Shown: in pieces, positions 61,258-64,000 of the stretch
Layout of the letters: the number at the start of each line of letters is the position of its first letter
Position numbering within the stretch: position 1 is the first letter of the stretch
Source: Eledone cirrhosa
Lineage: Eukaryota
Direction of reading: 5' to 3'
Length of the DNA: 64,000 nucleotides
NCBI GenBank assembly: GCA_964016885.1
Contig: OZ024756.1
Span: forward strand, 8,122,001-8,186,000
Position numbers and translations under genes: made by a program
The notes under the pieces: model-generated
Database searches by the model: none
The model's input: only the letters and a program-made list of their open reading frames with translations
Told to the model about the DNA's origin: nothing

Positions 61258-61762
61258 AGTGTGTGTGTTTCAATATGCAGTGTGTGTGTGTTTCAATATG
61301 CAGTGTGTGTGTGTTTCAGTGTGCAGTGTGTGTATGTTTCAGTGTGCAGTGTGTGTATGTTTCAGTGTGCAGTGTGTGTATGTTTCAGTGTGCAGTGTGT
61401 GTATGTTTCTGTGTGCAGTGTGTGTATGTTTCAGTGTGCAGTGTGTGTATGTTTCAGTGTGCAGTGTGTGTATGTTTCAGTGTGCAGTAGGTGTATGTTT
61501 CTGTATGCAGTGGGTGTATGTTTCAGTGTGCAGTGTGTGTATGTTTCAGTGTGCAGTGTGTGTATGTTTCAGTGTGCAGTGTGTGTATGTTTCAGTGTGC
61601 AGTAGGTGTATGTTTCTGTATGCAGTGGGTGTATGTTTCAGTGTGCAGTGTGTGTATGTTTCAGTGTGCAGTGTGTGTATGTTTCAGTGTGCAGTGGGTG
61701 TATGTTTCAGTGTGCAGTGTGTGTATGTTTCTGTGTACAGTGGGTGTATGTTTCTGTATGCA
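61258..61762. repeat. 23-bp minisatellite GCAGTGTGTGTATGTTTCAGTGT
   Basis: Period 23 (61323, 61346, 61369...), about 21 units. Confidence 0.92.
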
Positions 61763-61920
61763 ACTCCATTATGTGTTAGTCCCACTCTTTCACCCCTTTC
61801 ATTGCCTGGCTATAAATCTTACAAACATGTAGAAACCTGTCATTTTTTAATTCCTCTCTAATTGTTGTGATTACACAACATTATATAAACTTACATAAAC
61901 TTATATAAACTTACATAAGC

Positions 61921-62030
61921 ATCCCGCCGAGGTTGACTTTGCCTTTCATCCTTACAGGGTCGATAAAATAAAGTACCAGTAAAGCACTGGGTAATTGCTG
62001 GCCTTGTGCCTAAAGTAGAAACAATTATAT
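61921..62030 (+). mobile_element. 5'-truncated SINE family S with TSD
   Basis: ATTATATAAACTTACATAA before and after the copy. Confidence 0.85.
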
Positions 62031-62685
62031 AAACTTACATAATCTACATTCCTTGTATTAAAAACCTACAAAGTTTTACTGGTTTTCTACCATAAATTGA
62101 CTAAAAAGACTCCATAGTTAATTTTATGACACTAATAAAATTTAAGGATTTTATTAGTGTCATAAAAACAAAGTCATTTTGATTAATCTATAAAACAGAA
62201 CAGATAACAGGATTTTAGTATCAAAATATGCACAATTATCATATCATAGATCAGGCAGAAGGAGTCCTCATTAAAACTACCTGATTCCTACTTTGTGGCA
62301 TTAGTATAACCTAACGTTGGTTAATAACTTGTGAGTGGAATTTGGTAGATTGGTAGATGGAAACTATACCGATGCCCATCGCGTGTGTATGTATATATAC
62401 ATGCATACATATATATATATATATATATATAATGCGATGAAATACCCATGATCGTTTGGTAAATCACTGATGAGGGACTCATTTTATAACATGTTATCCA
62501 TGTGCAACCAGCAGTATTCTTCTCACCCATATTTTTCATATATATATATATAGCTGCGTTTGTGTGTATATATATATACATGCATACCTATATATATATG
62601 TGTGTGTGTATATATATATACATGCATACATATATATGTGTGTGTGTGTATATATATATACATGCATACATATATATATATATAT

Positions 62686-62795
62686 AGGAACCAGTAAGAC
62701 CCGTCTTACTGGTTCCCATTACCCACTCTACTACCTCAAGTATTGAGTACTTTGGTGCGTTATGGTCCACCTGGTTCCTTACCACATTTCCTTCG

Positions 62796-62800
<5 letters not shown>
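62686..62800. mobile_element. Family A element 3' end with short 5' fold-back, between (TA)n tracts
   Basis: GGAACCAGTAAGAC-CC-GTCTTACTGGTTCC, then the shared 3' end. Confidence 0.8.
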
Positions 62801-62833
<33 letters not shown>

Positions 62834-63230
62834 CTGTGTGTGTGTGTGTATATATATATACATGCATACCTATATATATATATGTGTGTGTATATATATA
62901 TACATGCATACATATATATATATGTGTGTGTGTGTATGTATATATACATGCATACATATATAAATATATATATATATATAGCTGTGTGTGTGTGTATATA
63001 TATATATACATGCATACCTATATATATATATGTGTGTGTATATATATATACATGCATACATATGTGTGTGTGTGTATGTGAAAAGTCAACAAGAAAAAAC
63101 CAATGTAAGAGAACAATACAGTAGAATGATGATATACATTAGTTTAATGCTTGATATAATAAAGAGTCTTAATGTTTAAGGCCTGCATTGGAAGATAGAA
63201 TCAGAATTAGAACTAGAAAGATATATATAT

Positions 63231-63294
<64 letters not shown>

Positions 63295-63327
63295 GTGTGT
63301 GTATATATATATATATATATGTATGTG

Positions 63328-63404
<77 letters not shown>

Positions 63405-63437
63405 ATATATGTGTATATATGTGTGTGTGTATGCGTA

Positions 63438-63564
<127 letters not shown>

Positions 63565-63742
63565 GTCTGTGTGTGTGTATATGTATTATGTGTGAATGTG
63601 TGTATGTGTCTGTATATGTATATGTGTGTGTATATATGTATATATATGTATATATATATAAAAAAAAATTTAAAATAAAAAATATATATATATATATATA
63701 CAATGTATTAATAAATGGAAACTATATTTATAAAACCATAAT

Positions 63743-63808
63743 TATTTTATTATATATATTTCAAGGGCGACCAAGGTAAATTATGGTGCGCTTTCATCAG
63801 ATAAAATA
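63743..63808 (-). ncRNA. Type I hammerhead ribozyme
   Basis: TATTTTAT-CTGATGA-AAGCGCACCA...TGGTCGCCCTT-GAAA-TATATA-TA-ATAAAATA. Confidence 0.78.
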
Positions 63809-63898
63809 CAGATTTGTTTTATAACTATCTAGCGAATTTCAACCGTTGAGGTTGTCTTTTTTCCGGGTATGTCAATATTTATTTATAAAACAAATCTG

Positions 63899-63964
63899 TA
63901 TTTTATCTGATGAAAGCGCACCATAATTTACCTTGGTCGCCCTTGAAATATATATAATAAAATA
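63899..63964 (+). ncRNA. Type I hammerhead ribozyme (inverted partner)
   Basis: Same sequence on the + strand: 8-bp stem I, palindromic stem III ATATATAT. Confidence 0.78.
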
Positions 63965-64000
63965 ATTAAGGTTTTATAAATATAGTTTCCATTTATTAAT

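Larger units (their letters stand above)
63707..64000. mobile_element. Fold-back element (>=118-bp arms) with opposed hammerheads (family D)
   Basis: 63707-63824 is the reverse complement of 63883-64000 and runs off the window edge. Confidence 0.85.

Noticed and set aside
61186-61861. Cys-rich ORFs
   Set aside because: Product of the 23-bp minisatellite, open in several frames.

Overview
AT-rich, repeat-dominated eukaryotic (animal) DNA. The SINE and RTE families look like those of octopod cephalopods, but this is inferred from recognition, not a search. Bases 1-~32.6 kb are one satellite array (39/43-bp monomers with kb-scale higher-order repeats). The rest is a mosaic of decayed mobile elements: a Neptune-like Penelope element, RTE LINEs (one 5'-inverted), tRNA-derived SINEs with TSDs, Helitron pieces, a hAT MITE and an LTR remnant, set among (TA)n/(TG)n microsatellites. 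Two signals stand out. (1) At least five sequence-unrelated type I hammerhead ribozyme (HHR) families, mostly as inverted pairs that place one ribozyme on each strand of a long fold-back next to (TA)n. One is tandemly duplicated as a 507-bp unit, so either strand could release a unit-length, rod-like RNA. (2) An apparently intact two-exon gene on the minus strand encoding a secreted prepropeptide with five copies of DVPS[S/N]IV[A/T]TLHP. Most entries in the ORF track are artefacts of simple repeats.
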